A stretch of DNA of 64,000 nucleotides from Phycisphaerales bacterium (GTDB lineage: Bacteria > Planctomycetota > Phycisphaerae > Phycisphaerales > UBA1924): NCBI GenBank assembly GCA_965227775.1, contig OZ245777.1:1696001-1760000 (forward strand), given 5' to 3'. This document shows positions 1 to 10,222 of the stretch, piece by piece. The notes beneath the pieces are model-generated. The model was not told where the DNA came from. It was given only the letters and a program-made list of their open reading frames with translations, and made no database searches. The position numbers were made by a program, and so were the translations under genes. Within the stretch, counting starts at the first letter, position 1. Each line of letters opens with the position of its first letter.

Positions 1-55
1 GACGCGTCCGATGCCCGTCTGGAAGCAAAAGGACCGGCTTCGTGCGTGTTTTTCT

Positions 56-409
56 CTACCCGTTCTGGCGCGGCTCGGTTTCCCGGCTCGGACGGTCGGC
101 CTCGGAAACCCGATCGGCGTCCCCGGCGGGCTTCTGGGAGGCCTTCATCTTGTCGATCATCGCTTTTCGGACCTGCTCGAACTCTTCCTGGGACATGTCG
201 CCCCGGGCCACCATCGCGCGCATCTCCTCCATCGTCGAAAACCCGTTCCGGTCTTCGTCGGCACGTCCGATCATGCGGCGGCGGATGAACAGCAGCGCAA
301 TCGTGCCGAGCACGACGGCCACGATCAGCGCCCCGATCCAGGCGAGGAACTGGCCGGTATCGCCGCCAGAGTTCGCTTGACCCAGGATGGCCGGCGTACT
401 CAGGTCCAC
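56..409 (-). CDS. Small membrane protein with SHOCT-like domain
   Basis: One TM helix (FLAWIGALIVAVVLGTIALLFI) then MEEMRAMVARGDMSQEEFEQVRKAM, a SHOCT-like pattern; overlaps the stop of the upstream gene. Confidence 0.6.
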   Translation of the reverse strand: MDLSTPAILGQANSGGDTGQFLAWIGALIVAVVLGTIALLFIRRRMIGRADEDRNGFSTMEEMRAMVARGDMSQEEFEQVRKAMIDKMKASQKPAGDADRVSEADRPSRETEPRQNG

Positions 410-1179
410 GTGCTGGTCCCGCCTGAGGCAATGAAGGAGCGAATGGGTTGGACGAGTCGTGGCATGACCGAGCTCTCGATGATGCGCTCGCCGCAGCGGC
501 CGAGGTCCGAGAACTCAAGCTTCGGTGTCGCGACGTCCTCCAATGGGCCGTGGCGGCGCACGGTGAGATACACGCTGATGGGCTCGCCGTCGAGGCCGTT
601 GCTGGCGCCGGTCGGCCTGGTCTTCACCTCGAAGTAGGCCTCGCTGCGGTGGGGGATGCTGTCACCGCGGAGCGCGACACCGAGGATGGGTTGGGCGTCG
701 ATCGGGGCGGCGCCCATGTCTTCGACCAGGCTGGCCAGCGGCGAGCCGCGGAGCAGCGACTCGAACACGATCCGATCGTGATCACCCGCGGCCTCAATAT
801 CGAAGCCGAAGAGCGTCTCGTAGTAGTCGATGTCCAGTGGGCTGATGCCCAGGTAGTACGGCGCCAGCTCGAGCACGGCGGCGTGGAGCTGGTAGGCCTG
901 CTCGAACGAGTCCGGATTCACAGCGCCGGCGCGAACGCAGTTGCCACGCACGGCAACCCAGTGCTGCGGCGCAATGCCGGGGGCAGACTCGATCGCCAGT
1001 TCGTTCTGCACGTGGCGGAACGTCTGCAGTGCCGGAAACTCCTTGCGCAGGCGATCGAAGAACTCGACGGTGACCTGCCTGGTCGCGTCGATCTCGCTGT
1101 GGAAGGCCAGCTTGAGGTTGACGTACATGTCCGAGCAGAGCGCTTTGTAGCTTTCGATTTGCTGGCTGTCGATGGGCAT
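400..1179 (-). CDS. Hypothetical protein
   Basis: Protein-like 3' half of ORF 400..1905 (MPIDSQQIESYKALCSDMYVNLKL...); GAAGGA RBS precedes ATG 1179 (alternative ATG 1188). Confidence 0.65.
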   Translation of the reverse strand: MPIDSQQIESYKALCSDMYVNLKLAFHSEIDATRQVTVEFFDRLRKEFPALQTFRHVQNELAIESAPGIAPQHWVAVRGNCVRAGAVNPDSFEQAYQLHAAVLELAPYYLGISPLDIDYYETLFGFDIEAAGDHDRIVFESLLRGSPLASLVEDMGAAPIDAQPILGVALRGDSIPHRSEAYFEVKTRPTGASNGLDGEPISVYLTVRRHGPLEDVATPKLEFSDLGRCGERIIESSVMPRLVQPIRSFIASGGTSTWT

Positions 1180-1261
1180 GTTGGTCATTCCTTCGATCCG
1201 ACGTGCGGGCCAAGATGTCGGCGACCCTTCCGGGACGCCTCGCTCCGAGGGCGAGCGCCGA

Positions 1262-1534
1262 TCAGTGGGCGATACGGAAGCCCGTTTCGCCGTCGCGGAC
1301 CGGTTGGTCCTCGTGGCGTGCCTGCGCGATGCGACCTTGCATCGAGCGGGCGAGCGTGTCCAGAAACGCCTGGACGTCGCTGGGCTGGCCCTGGGCCTCA
1401 AGCCAGACGGTGCCGTCGGGCTCGTTGCGGACCAGGCCGGTGACGGGCAGCGGCTCGGCGATGGATCGGGCGGTCGCTCTAAAGCCCACGCCTTGCACCG
1501 TACCGAGATAGCGCACCGCCGTCCGGATCGCCAT
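1262..1534 (-). CDS. acyP: Acylphosphatase
   Basis: GTVQGVGFR and VTGLVRNEPDGTV motifs; about 90 aa. Confidence 0.9.
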   Translation of the reverse strand: MAIRTAVRYLGTVQGVGFRATARSIAEPLPVTGLVRNEPDGTVWLEAQGQPSDVQAFLDTLARSMQGRIAQARHEDQPVRDGETGFRIAH

Positions 1535-1650
1535 GATGCAGAGCGTATCCACGTGATCGCACGCGATCCGGGGCGATGGTGCGAGTGGCGCGCGTTTGCG
1601 CGAGATCTTCGGCGTATCGTGACATCGAGAACGCCAAGCAATGGAGTGCC

Positions 1651-3447
1651 ATGAGCGATCGGGCGGACATCGAGCGGGTACTGCAGGCCACCGACATCGT
1701 GCGGGTGGTCCGCGAGCGCGTGGAGTTGCGCGAGAAGGGCCGCGAATGGGTCGGGCTGTGCCCGTTCCATGATGATCGCTCGCCGTCGATGTTCGTCTCG
1801 CCGGCCAAGCAGATCTTCAAGTGCTTTGCGTGTGGCGTAGGTGGGGATGCCCTGTCGTTTGTACAGAAGTACGACGGCGTGGAGTTTCCTGAGGCCCTTC
1901 AGCACCTGGCCGAGGTCTGCGGTGTCGAACTCACGCCCAGGGGGCAGCGGGCGCCATCGGGGCCGGGCCGCAGCGAACGCGCCAGCGCGTTCGAGGCCAA
2001 CTCGATGGCGCAGGAGTACTTCCGCAGGTCATTGGTGGACCCCAAGGCCGGGAAGACGGCCCGCGCCATGATCGAGCGTCGCGGCATCTCGCCCGAGATG
2101 GTCGAGACGTTTGGCATTGGCGCCGCCCCCGAGGGCTGGGACGGGCTGGTGCAGGCGGTCCTGCGGGCCAAGCGGCCGGTCGAAGCGTTCGCGGCGGCGC
2201 AGCTCGTCAAGGCACGGGATCAGGGCGGTGGACATTACGACGTCTTCCGCAATCGGCTGATGTTCCCCATCCATGATCAGGGCGGCCGAGTTATCGCCTT
2301 CGGTGGTCGCCGGCTGAGCGAGGATGACCCAGCCAAGTACCTCAACAGCCCCGAGAGCCCGGTGTTCAAGAAGTCGGGCGTGCTGTATGGGCTCTGGAAG
2401 GCCAATGCCGGCATTCGTCAGGCTGGCTTCTGCATCGTGACCGAGGGCTACACCGACACGATCGCGTGTCACCAGGCAGGCTTTACGAACACCGTGGCGA
2501 CGCTGGGCACGGCGTTTACGCCCGAGCACGCCGCGCTGCTGCGGCGGTTGTGCAATCGCGTGGTGCTGCTGTTCGACGGCGACGAAGCCGGCCTGACCGC
2601 GGCTGATCGCGCCGTGGGTGTGTTGTTTGCTGAGCCGCTGGACGTGCAGATCGCGATCCTTGGGCAGGGCGAGAACGCCAAGGACCCCGACGAGTTGCTG
2701 AAGCAAGAGGGCGGGAAGGAACGCTTCGCCGCCATGGTGCGCTCCGCGGCGGACTTGCTTTCGTTCCGGTTTGAGCGGCTCAAGGCGCGGCTGGAGGGGC
2801 TGGGGCGCTCCGCCTTGCTCAAGGGTGTAGAGGACGAGGTCCGCTGGCTCGGTGAGCACGGGCTTCGCCAGATCGAGCCAGCGCGCCAAGACCAGATTCT
2901 CGCGCAGCTGGGCAACTTGAGCGGGCTCGACCAGTATCGCTTGCGGGAGTTGGCCCTGAGCGCGCCGCGGCGGGCTCGCGCCGCTGCGGACGGCCCGCGC
3001 GAGGGTGGGGAGCCGGCCCAGTTGTCGGCGGCCGATCGACTCGTGGGCGTCGTGCTGCTGGAACCGAAGGCGTGGGGGCTGCTGAGTGAGGACGATGCCA
3101 TCACGCTTCGAGACGCCGTGGCCGGTGGGCCGAGCGAGCCGGTTGCCGCGGCGGTCGATCACCTGGCCGCCGAGGGCGAGTCGATCACCATGGCCGCCCT
3201 TCGGGGCGAGCTCCCCGAGCAGTCGTTCCAATGGGCGAGCACACTGGTCGCCTGGGCAGAGCGGGAGGCTACATCGCCCGCCGAGGGAGACGCGGAAGGC
3301 ATCCCGGCGCTGGTGGGCGGGCTCATGCGGCAGGTGCTCGGGCGGCAGACGAGCCAGGAAGTGGATCCGTTCGAGCGCATCAGGGCCCGCCGGGAGCAAT
3401 TGGCACGCTTCCAGAACGATCCGGGACGCATCGCGAGGCCCTCGTAG
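1651..3447 (+). CDS. dnaG: DNA primase
   Basis: CPFHDD...CFAC zinc finger, FRNRLMFPI, KYLNSPES, TOPRIM EGYTD and LFDGDEAG, KDPDE; GGAG RBS. Confidence 0.95.
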   Translation: MSDRADIERVLQATDIVRVVRERVELREKGREWVGLCPFHDDRSPSMFVSPAKQIFKCFACGVGGDALSFVQKYDGVEFPEALQHLAEVCGVELTPRGQRAPSGPGRSERASAFEANSMAQEYFRRSLVDPKAGKTARAMIERRGISPEMVETFGIGAAPEGWDGLVQAVLRAKRPVEAFAAAQLVKARDQGGGHYDVFRNRLMFPIHDQGGRVIAFGGRRLSEDDPAKYLNSPESPVFKKSGVLYGLWKANAGIRQAGFCIVTEGYTDTIACHQAGFTNTVATLGTAFTPEHAALLRRLCNRVVLLFDGDEAGLTAADRAVGVLFAEPLDVQIAILGQGENAKDPDELLKQEGGKERFAAMVRSAADLLSFRFERLKARLEGLGRSALLKGVEDEVRWLGEHGLRQIEPARQDQILAQLGNLSGLDQYRLRELALSAPRRARAAADGPREGGEPAQLSAADRLVGVVLLEPKAWGLLSEDDAITLRDAVAGGPSEPVAAAVDHLAAEGESITMAALRGELPEQSFQWASTLVAWAEREATSPAEGDAEGIPALVGGLMRQVLGRQTSQEVDPFERIRARREQLARFQNDPGRIARPS

Positions 3448-3579
3448 CAGGTTCTCGGGCTCGGGCCGCAAGGGTCTGGGTCGAATAGAGTTGCATCCAG
3501 CGATGGCAAAGATTGGACGAGCGGGGTCTCTTCCCGCGGCGAGCAATGGAGGATGGGGCCGCCCGGGCCCAGATGTGCG

Positions 3580-5286
3580 ATGAGCGGACTGCCTCCTTCC
3601 ATCACTGGGATGCTGGAGACGGCGGCCACCCGGCGATGGCTGAGCTTTGAGGAGATCAACGAGGCGGCCCCGGATGACTGGGTCGACCCTCGTTCGTTGC
3701 ACGTGCTGCTTGCCCGCATCGATGACCTGGGCGTCGAGCTGCTCGACGAGCCCACATATCGGGCCCGCACGCGGCACACGAAGGGCGAGAAAGACCGATC
3801 GAACGATCGGCGCGTGGAAGCGCCCGAGGCCGAGGAGTCGACTGAGGCAATCGTCGCGGACCGATCGGTTGAAGACCCAATCCGCAGCTATCTGGCGCAG
3901 ATGGGATCGATCCCGCTTCTGACGCGCGATGGCGAGACGCGCCTTGCCAAGAAGATCGAGCTGACCCGGATCGTGTTTCGCAGGCGTTGCCTGCAGAGCG
4001 ATTACGTCGCGGCGCAAGCGGTGGACTTGCTGCGGCAGGTGCAGTCTCGCAAGCTGCCGTTCGACCGCACGCTCCGGGTCTCGACAATCACGCCCGAGGC
4101 CAAGGAGCGGCTGGCGCGGCGTTTGCCGTCGAGCCTGCCCACCATCGAGGCGATGCTCTCGCGCAATCGGCTGGAGTGGGCGCGGGCGGAGCGTGTGTAT
4201 CGCGAGGGGCGCGGCGAGGATGGCCGGCTGACGCCCCGGGCGGTCCAGGAACTCGCGGCGATCGAGCGATCGCTCGCGGCGCGGCGTCGGCGCGTGTCGG
4301 CACTGATCGAAGAGCTGGAGCTGCGAACGAGCCGGCTCGTGCCGATCCTGCGCAAGCTGCGGGCGATCTCCGCGAAGATGCGCGAGATCGAGGCGATGCT
4401 GGCCGAGCACCACGAGACCAACGGATCGACGGAAGCGTTCGACGAGGATGATCGCCAGGTCATGCGCGAGGAGCTTGAGGGCTTGCGCGGGCTGGTGCTC
4501 GAGACGCCTGAGTCGCTCGCCCGTCGCGTGGCCGAGTTGAACTGCGTGTTCTGGGAGTACGAGCAGGCCAAGCGGGATCTGTCGGGCGCCAACCTCCGGC
4601 TCGTGGTGTCGATTGCCAAGAAGTACCGCAATCGCGGTCTTGGTTTCCTCGATGTCATCCAGGAGGGGAACACCGGGCTCTTGCGCGCGGTGGACAAGTA
4701 CGAGTACAAGCGCGGCTACAAGTTCAGCACGTACGCGACGTGGTGGATCCGCCAGGCGATCACGCGGGCGCTTGCCGATCACGCGCGAACGATCCGGCTG
4801 CCGGTGCACATGATCGACACGATGAGCAAGATCCGGGCGATCCAGCGCCGGCACATCCAGGAGCACGGGCAGGAGCCGACGGACGAGCAGATCGCCGAGG
4901 TGGCAGGGTGCACCGCCGCCGAGGTGCGCAAGGTGATGAACTTGTCCCGGAGCCCGGCCTCGCTCGACAAGCAGGTGGGCGACGACGATGGCTCGATGGT
5001 CGAGGTGCTCGAGGATGCACGGCACGGTGAGCCTTCGGACGGCATGGTCCAGGAGATGCTGCGCGAGAAGCTCGAGCAGGTACTGCGGACGCTGAGCTAC
5101 CGCGAGCGCGAGATCATCAAGCTGCGATACGGCATCGGCGATGGATATACGTACACGCTCGAGGAAGTGGGGCGTATCTTCAAGGTGACGCGCGAGCGGG
5201 TGCGGCAAGTGGAGACCAAGGCGCTGCGGAAGCTGCAGCACCCGCTGCGGTCACGCCGGCTCGAGGGTTTTGTCGACCGGGCGTGA
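3580..5286 (+). CDS. rpoD: RNA polymerase sigma-70 factor, RpoD type
   Basis: Region 1.1-like N-terminus, region 1.2 [39 protein letters not shown], region 4 [18 protein letters not shown]; follows dnaG. Start could be 3553. Confidence 0.85.
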   Translation: MSGLPPSITGMLETAATRRWLSFEEINEAAPDDWVDPRSLHVLLARIDDLGVELLDEPTYRARTRHTKGEKDRSNDRRVEAPEAEESTEAIVADRSVEDPIRSYLAQMGSIPLLTRDGETRLAKKIELTRIVFRRRCLQSDYVAAQAVDLLRQVQSRKLPFDRTLRVSTITPEAKERLARRLPSSLPTIEAMLSRNRLEWARAERVYREGRGEDGRLTPRAVQELAAIERSLAARRRRVSALIEELELRTSRLVPILRKLRAISAKMREIEAMLAEHHETNGSTEAFDEDDRQVMREELEGLRGLVLETPESLARRVAELNCVFWEYEQAKRDLSGANLRLVVSIAKKYRNRGLGFLDVIQEGNTGLLRAVDKYEYKRGYKFSTYATWWIRQAITRALADHARTIRLPVHMIDTMSKIRAIQRRHIQEHGQEPTDEQIAEVAGCTAAEVRKVMNLSRSPASLDKQVGDDDGSMVEVLEDARHGEPSDGMVQEMLREKLEQVLRTLSYREREIIKLRYGIGDGYTYTLEEVGRIFKVTRERVRQVETKALRKLQHPLRSRRLEGFVDRA

Positions 5287-6945
5287 GGCCTTGGCCTTGA
5301 TCACTTCTTCGTAGATCGACTGCACCTCGGCGAGATGGGCGGGGTAGCTGGTCAGGTGCGGCGTGATGTCGTGGATGGTTTTGGCGCTTGGGATCGCGAC
5401 ATCGCCGCGCACGAGGCTGGCGATGCGATCGGCGAGCGCGGTGGCGTCGCCCGATGGAAACAGAAGGCCGTTCGTGACGCCGTCTTGCTCGACGATCCAC
5501 TCGGGCGGGCCACCCAGGTGGCTGGTGACGACGAGTTTGCCGGCGTGCAGGTGCTCGAGCAGCACCAGCGGCGAGTTTTCCATCCAGATATGGGGGAGCA
5601 GGCCGACGTCGTATTCGGCGACGGATGCGGCACGCTGCATGAGGTCGTACGCCCCGGCGAACTGGACCTGGGGGTAGCCGCTCAGCAGCTTGCGGAACGC
5701 CCAGTCTCCGCCCGAGGCGCGGATGTGGAACAGGCAGCGGCGGCGGATGTCGGCGGGTAGCAGCACGATGGCGTCGGCCAGCACGCGCAGGCCCTTGTTT
5801 GGGCGCACGGTGCCGAAGAAGGCAAGGCGCAGCGGGCGGTTGGCATCGGGCGTCCAGGGTGATTGGTCGTAGCCGGGCAGCGCGATCGCGGCTCGGTGCA
5901 TGCGGTCGAAGTGGGGCTGGCCCAGGCGCACCGTGCGGCGCATTGCCGGGTCGAGGCCCATCGACTCGTGCACGCGGCCCAGGAAGTCGCTCGGCGGCGT
6001 GACGACGCTGGCGGCGTTGAGCGCGGCGATGCCGTCCTGGCGGCGACGACCATAGTCATTGAGGACGTTGAGGTGCAGGTCGCGGTTCGCGAGCATGCGC
6101 TCGTTGGTGTCTTCGGGCAGGATCGGTGCGGGCTTGGGGAGTTCGCGGGGCTCGGCGCGAACGCCGTACGTGCTCTGATCTCCCTCGGCGTCGCGCGCAT
6201 TCTCGATGGCGCCGTTGTCGTAGCCGAGGTAGCGGAGTTCGTCGACGGGCGCGGGCTCGCTTCCCCCGACGCGGCGCGTGTGGGCGATGGACTTGGCCGA
6301 GGCGCGCGCGTGGCCGGTGATGGCATGCCCGACAAGGCCCTGGGCTGCCTGGCCGAGGCGACGCTTGAGGCGGCGCTTCGTCGGATCCGGCGCTTCGAGG
6401 CAGGTCGCGCAGCGATTGCCACCGTCATAGTCAAGGCAGACCTCGTGCTCGCGGTGGAGCAGATCGACCTGCGGGCAGGCGTAGGCGTAGTTGTGCGTTG
6501 TCGCGACGACGGGGATGCCGGCGGCCTCGACCTCCGGTATCAGGTCGAGGCTGAGCCCTTCGAGCGTGTGGATGTGGGCGACGTCGGCGCCAATCTCCTT
6601 GAGCCAATTCAATACAAGTCTGGTCGTGCGCACGCACCGGCGCTCGGTGCTGACGTTGCGCAGGTTGATGGCCGAGGGTGCGAGGTTTGGGCTGTTGACG
6701 AGCTCGAAGTTTCGGATGCCCTTCCAAGGCTTGATCTCGCGGACGTAGGGGCCCGGACGCAGGTCGTAGCGCAGGCCCGAGCCCAGGTAGTGCACGCGGT
6801 GGCCGAGCTGGGCGAGGCCGATCGCGAGCTCGGACGCGTTGAGGTTGTATCCCGAGCCTTCCTCAGCCTGGCGGCTGAGGGTGGCCCAGCCCATGAGCGC
6901 GATGGTGCGGGGCTGATCGGCTTGGGGCGGGGGAGCGACCGTCAT
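5251..6945 (-). CDS. Glycosyltransferase, GT4 family
   Basis: [48 protein letters not shown] overlaps the upstream stop (ATGA). Confidence 0.85.
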   Translation of the reverse strand: MTVAPPPQADQPRTIALMGWATLSRQAEEGSGYNLNASELAIGLAQLGHRVHYLGSGLRYDLRPGPYVREIKPWKGIRNFELVNSPNLAPSAINLRNVSTERRCVRTTRLVLNWLKEIGADVAHIHTLEGLSLDLIPEVEAAGIPVVATTHNYAYACPQVDLLHREHEVCLDYDGGNRCATCLEAPDPTKRRLKRRLGQAAQGLVGHAITGHARASAKSIAHTRRVGGSEPAPVDELRYLGYDNGAIENARDAEGDQSTYGVRAEPRELPKPAPILPEDTNERMLANRDLHLNVLNDYGRRRQDGIAALNAASVVTPPSDFLGRVHESMGLDPAMRRTVRLGQPHFDRMHRAAIALPGYDQSPWTPDANRPLRLAFFGTVRPNKGLRVLADAIVLLPADIRRRCLFHIRASGGDWAFRKLLSGYPQVQFAGAYDLMQRAASVAEYDVGLLPHIWMENSPLVLLEHLHAGKLVVTSHLGGPPEWIVEQDGVTNGLLFPSGDATALADRIASLVRGDVAIPSAKTIHDITPHLTSYPAHLAEVQSIYEEVIKAKASRPVDKTLEPA

Positions 6946-8561
6946 CCGAAGGGTGCCGATGGTGCTTGGGGCGCGTTGCGGAGGGCGTACCACGCGGCGC
7001 GGACGGCGGTGGTAGACCATCGCGCCAAAAAGACGAGGCGCGAGGCGACTCGGTCGTGCTCGGCCTGACACTGATCGGGGTTGCGGTGATCGACGTGCAG
7101 CGTGACGGGGCATCGCGCGAGCGGGAAGTCGTTCGTGTTGTTGAGCACGACACACGCGTCGGGCGGGTTGGTGAGCAGTGGGAGCTGCCGGTAGATGCGC
7201 GAGCGCATAGTTGGGGCGTAGGTCACATCGCCGCTGCCCGCATCGCTGCGTGTGACGTTCACGAAGATTGGTGCGCGGGTGCCGAGATGCGCTCGCAGGC
7301 TCGCCTTGATGGTTCGTGCGAGCTCGATCTGGTCGGCGGTCATGCACATGAACGCGATGCGGGCGTCGGGGCGGTCGAGGTGCAGCTGTGTAATGGCGCT
7401 CGCGATCGGCTCGTGGGCGGGTTCGGTGGCGTCGAGCTTGCCGGCTCGATTGATCATCGCGTCGAGGGCGGTACGGCGGAGGATTTCGGCGTGGAAGCGC
7501 CGGCGTCGCAGGCCGGCGGCGAGGCTGGCGCGCAGGACCGACACCATCCACCGGGCGGTGCTCGCGCGGAGTGCGGCACCCTTGAGGCCCTTGCGCATGG
7601 TCCAGATGGCGTTGCGCTGCGCGTAATACAGGCGTGTGGGTGTGAGTTTCTGGAACCAGGGCGTGTGGAAGACCACGGCGTCGAGGTCGCACACGACCTT
7701 GTGACCCGCGCGGCCGACGCGTAGGCACCAATCGGCATCGTCGCAGTAGATGAAGTAGCGGCTGTCCCAGTAGCCGACCTCCTGCACGACCGACCAGCGG
7801 GCGAGCATGCTGCAGGCCGATACGACGTCGACCTCACGCACGCCGGTGAAGCGGCGGACGCCGCGGCTGTCGCCGACGTCGGCGATCCAGTCGTTGTGGT
7901 CTGGCTCCAAGCGGTGGCCGGCGTGGGGCGCCTCGGCCATTCGGCCCTGGTGGGGGTCGTAGTAGATGGTGGTCTCGTAGGTGGTGCGGCGGTCGGCGAT
8001 GTCGACGGCCCGCGAGCCGATGAGGCCGGCGTCTGGATCTTCTCCGGCCGTGCGGAGGAGAGAGGCGAGTGCGTTGGAATCGGCGACGGCGTCGTCATCG
8101 AGCAGCCAGAGGAAGTCGATGTTGTCGTCGCGGCCGAGGATCTGGTCGACGGCCTGGAAGCCCGTGTTGAAGCCGCCGGTGCCGCCAAGGTTCGCCGCAT
8201 TTCGCACGAGGGTGACGCTTGCGAACCCAGCGGAGTTCGTGGCATCGGTGTGCTGCGCGTTGAATGCTGGTTCGTCGGCTCGCTCGGTGTCATTGTGGAC
8301 GATGCGTTCTGGCTGAAGCCACGCGCCCAGCGTATCGGTCGTGCCGTCGGTGGAGGCGTTGTCGACGACGACCAGGTGGAGTGAGCCGAGGTCGATGGCC
8401 TTTTGAACGAGCACGGACTCGATCGCTCGGCGGACCTCGCTCGCGCGATTCCAGGTGACCATGACCACAGCGAGCGTCGGCGTCGCTCGGGGAGCGATCT
8501 GCGCGGCGGCAGCGGGCCGGCGATGGTGTGCCTGTGAGGATGCGTGGGCGTGCTGGGTCAA
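6942..8561 (-). CDS. Glycosyltransferase, GT2 family
   Basis: VVMVTWN, VVDNASTDGT, NLGGTGGFN, WLLDDD, YFIYCDDADWC; start (TTG 8561) uncertain. Confidence 0.85.
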   Translation of the reverse strand: MTQHAHASSQAHHRRPAAAAQIAPRATPTLAVVMVTWNRASEVRRAIESVLVQKAIDLGSLHLVVVDNASTDGTTDTLGAWLQPERIVHNDTERADEPAFNAQHTDATNSAGFASVTLVRNAANLGGTGGFNTGFQAVDQILGRDDNIDFLWLLDDDAVADSNALASLLRTAGEDPDAGLIGSRAVDIADRRTTYETTIYYDPHQGRMAEAPHAGHRLEPDHNDWIADVGDSRGVRRFTGVREVDVVSACSMLARWSVVQEVGYWDSRYFIYCDDADWCLRVGRAGHKVVCDLDAVVFHTPWFQKLTPTRLYYAQRNAIWTMRKGLKGAALRASTARWMVSVLRASLAAGLRRRRFHAEILRRTALDAMINRAGKLDATEPAHEPIASAITQLHLDRPDARIAFMCMTADQIELARTIKASLRAHLGTRAPIFVNVTRSDAGSGDVTYAPTMRSRIYRQLPLLTNPPDACVVLNNTNDFPLARCPVTLHVDHRNPDQCQAEHDRVASRLVFLARWSTTAVRAAWYALRNAPQAPSAPFG

Positions 8562-8616
8562 CGTTCGAGTACGGTGGGGGCTGGGGCCGGTTGTGGTTCG
8601 GGTGCGGCCGTTGGGG

Positions 8617-10191
8617 TCACGATACGCCTCCCGCGTAAACCGGCTCCATTTCCTGGGCGTGCTCAACCATGGTTTTGGGATGGCGGACGTTCGATCGCAT
8701 GCGGGCGACAAGGGTGGGGTCTTGCACGCAGCGGGCGATCGCGGCGGCGAGGGCGAAGCGGTCGTTGCCGGTGAAGAGCAGGCCGTTGTGTTTGTGGCGG
8801 ATGAAGTCGGGGATGCCGCCGGCCTCGGCCCCGATGATGGGAAGACCGTTGGCCTGCATTTCCATGACGGTTTGGGGCCCGTTGTCCCACCACACGCTGG
8901 GGACGACACCGACGTCCTGTCCGCCGCACATCCAGGGCAGGTCTTGCGGGCCGTATTCGTAGCCAAAGCGCAGGCATGCCAGGCGGGGCTCGAGACGGCG
9001 GAAGCGGTATTCGATCGTCTTGCCGCCGGCGGCGAAGACCGAGAGTGCGATGTGCCGGAGCACGTCGGGCGTGGTCATCTCCAACGCGTCGGCGAGCATC
9101 GACAGGCCCTTGTACCAGTGGTTGACGCCGACGAACACGAGGCGCAGCGGTCGCGAATCGAGCGTCGTCCTTGGCGGCGGATCAAAAGCGAGCTCGGCGT
9201 TGTGCTCGCGTAGGTGGTTTGCGATGGTGCCGATGGTGATGGTCTTGACGCGAGCCTTCTCGACGCCGTGGGCGATGAACTTGTCCGCGACGAAGCTGGA
9301 GACGGCGTGGACGGTGTCGCACTTATTGAGCTGCTCGATGAACGCTCCGCGGCGCGCGCTGTAGTCGGTGGGTGTGCCGTTGTGCAGCGGTTCGGCGCGC
9401 GGGACGTTGTCGAAGGGCTGCCAGGTCTCGTCTTCGGGCATGCACCAGCGGCGGGGCTCGTGCCAGGAGCGGCGCAGGGCGCTCGAGCCGCGCGGATCGT
9501 CTGCGGGGTCGATTGCCCGGGGCCGTTCGCCGAGTTCGACGGGCAGCACGGGGAGCGAGACCGCTGGGGTCGGGCCGGGGTTGGCGTCGAAGGGGGGAGG
9601 CTCGCCGGGGTGGGCCTCGGCGCGGCGGGTGCGCTCGCGCTGCGGGTCGGGCGCGGGCACGCAGCCCTCGCAAGCACGGCCGCCGTCGTAGTCGGTGCAG
9701 ATCGTGCGGTGTCCCTGCATCAGGTATACCTGTGGGCAGAGCGCGTGGTAATTGTGCAGGCTGTAGACGACGCGGCAGCCCGAGCGACGTGCGATGTCGA
9801 GGCAGCCGAGGCTGAAGCCTTCGAGTGATTGGACGTGGAGGACGTCGGGACGCGCGTCCTTCATGATCTGCTCGAAGACGCGTTCGAGTTCGGGCGAGGC
9901 GACCTCGGCCGAGGGCTCATTAAACTGCAAGAGGCTGGGCGCGAGGACGGGGCTGTTGACGATCTCGTAGGCGCCGATGCCAAACCAGTCGGGGTGTCGC
10001 TTGGCGGCGCAGGGACCGGGCTTGCCGGGCTTCTTTGGCTTCACGGGTGCGTACATGGTGCCGCTGGCGACGGTGGTGACGTGGTGGCCGCGGGCGGTTA
10101 GTTCGAGGGCAAGGGCCTGCATGTAGCCGGCGATGCCGCCCTTGCGGGCGCCGTGGAAGACCAGCGGCCAGTTGAGCATGCAGATCCGCAC
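8617..10191 (-). CDS. Glycosyltransferase, GT4 family
   Basis: RPDVLHVQSLEG, SLHNYHALCP, VVPSVWWDNGPQTVME, GGIPDFIRHKHNGLLF; GTG start behind TACCCT. Confidence 0.85.
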   Translation of the reverse strand: MRICMLNWPLVFHGARKGGIAGYMQALALELTARGHHVTTVASGTMYAPVKPKKPGKPGPCAAKRHPDWFGIGAYEIVNSPVLAPSLLQFNEPSAEVASPELERVFEQIMKDARPDVLHVQSLEGFSLGCLDIARRSGCRVVYSLHNYHALCPQVYLMQGHRTICTDYDGGRACEGCVPAPDPQRERTRRAEAHPGEPPPFDANPGPTPAVSLPVLPVELGERPRAIDPADDPRGSSALRRSWHEPRRWCMPEDETWQPFDNVPRAEPLHNGTPTDYSARRGAFIEQLNKCDTVHAVSSFVADKFIAHGVEKARVKTITIGTIANHLREHNAELAFDPPPRTTLDSRPLRLVFVGVNHWYKGLSMLADALEMTTPDVLRHIALSVFAAGGKTIEYRFRRLEPRLACLRFGYEYGPQDLPWMCGGQDVGVVPSVWWDNGPQTVMEMQANGLPIIGAEAGGIPDFIRHKHNGLLFTGNDRFALAAAIARCVQDPTLVARMRSNVRHPKTMVEHAQEMEPVYAGGVS

Positions 10192-10222
10192 GGTCGAGGG
10201 TAGGTGCGCGTTCGTGCTGTGC

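Noticed and set aside
1566..1596. CGCGTT upstream of dnaG as another ECF promoter
   Set aside because: No TTGCCG-like element at the required spacing; the hexamer is common in GC-rich DNA
2029..5241. 1070-aa ORF on the - strand, and many similar long antisense or alternate-frame ORFs (e.g. 16022..18160, 43790..45619, 46352..48418)
   Set aside because: Shadow ORFs opposite well-supported genes; high GC and codon bias suppress stop codons; no recognisable motifs
8558..8620. Possible frameshift at the GT2 5' end (a GTG overlapping the upstream stop opens a 20-codon frame)
   Set aside because: An in-frame TTG at 8561 overlaps that mini-frame's stop and gives a complete GT2 domain, so there is no evidence of a pseudogene
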